NCBI GenBank assembly: GCA_013265495.1
Contig: MU058252.1
Location: 1,832,244 to 1,896,243, forward strand
DNA length: 64,000 bases
Source: Vicugna vicugna
Lineage: Eukaryota
Reading direction: 5' to 3'
The notes under the pieces were generated by a model. That model was not told where the DNA came from, searched no databases, and worked only from the letters and a program-made list of their open reading frames with translations. Shown in pieces: positions 63,630 to 64,000 of this stretch. Position numbers and translations under genes: made by a program. Every line of letters starts with the position of its first letter. Position 1 is the first letter of the stretch.

Positions 63630-63991
63630 TGCGTGATATGAACCAAAAGAAAAAGATGCAAATGAACTTATGTACAAAACAGAAACAGACACACAGACAT
63701 AGAAAACAAACTTATGGTGACCAGGAGGGAAGAGGGTGGGAAAGGATAAACTGGGAGATCGAGATTTGCAGAGACTAGCTACTACATATAAAATAGATAC
63801 ACAACAAGTTTCCGCTGTGTAGCACAGGGCACTACATTCAATATCTTGTAGTGACCTATAATGAAAAAGAGTATGAAAAGGAATGTATGTACATGGATGA
63901 CTGAAACATCGTGCTGTACACCAGAAATTGACACAACATTGTAAGCTGACTTTACTTCAGTTAAAAAAAAGGTAAAATTTGAAAAAAAAAA
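63630..63991 (+). mobile_element. L1 3' UTR with poly(A) tail
   Basis: 'aaatgaacttatgtacaaaacagaaacagac...gctgtacaccagaaattgacacaacattgtaagctgac' plus an A tail. Homologous to 27600-27930. Confidence 0.93.
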
Positions 63992-64000
63992 GTGATCTCC

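Noticed and set aside
1..64000. A previously undescribed multi-gene biological system
   Set aside because: No coding genes or operon-like structure are supported. The content is explained by mammalian repeats and putative regulatory DNA.

Overview
This is mammalian, not microbial, genomic DNA. Four tRNA-derived SINEs of the camelid vic-1 type and camelid/artiodactyl-style L1 3' ends point to a camelid (Camelus, Vicugna or Lama). I found no credible protein-coding gene, RNA gene or CRISPR array, and the window reads as intergenic or intronic. It is dense in interspersed repeats: young and old L1 fragments (several with target-site duplications, TSDs), L2, MIR, a CR1/L3 remnant, ERV1-like solo LTRs with 4-bp TSDs, MaLR LTRs, an ERV-L integrase remnant joined to an MLT2 LTR, and hAT-Charlie MERs. 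It also has a CpG island at about 49.6-51.3 kb with a (TG)n tract and a 21-N gap, several smaller CpG-rich patches and a strong CTCF-like site. The supplied ORFs are either spurious or repeat-derived. I cannot support a new biological system. The most notable observations are: (1) a 46-bp templated insertion copied from 1.76 kb away and flanked by a 20-bp direct repeat; (2) three independent L1 insertions 5'-truncated at almost the same point; (3) old repeats with strong local AT-to-GC/CpG gain, suggestive of GC-biased gene conversion. Repeat family names were recognised by eye. Boundaries without TSDs are approximate.
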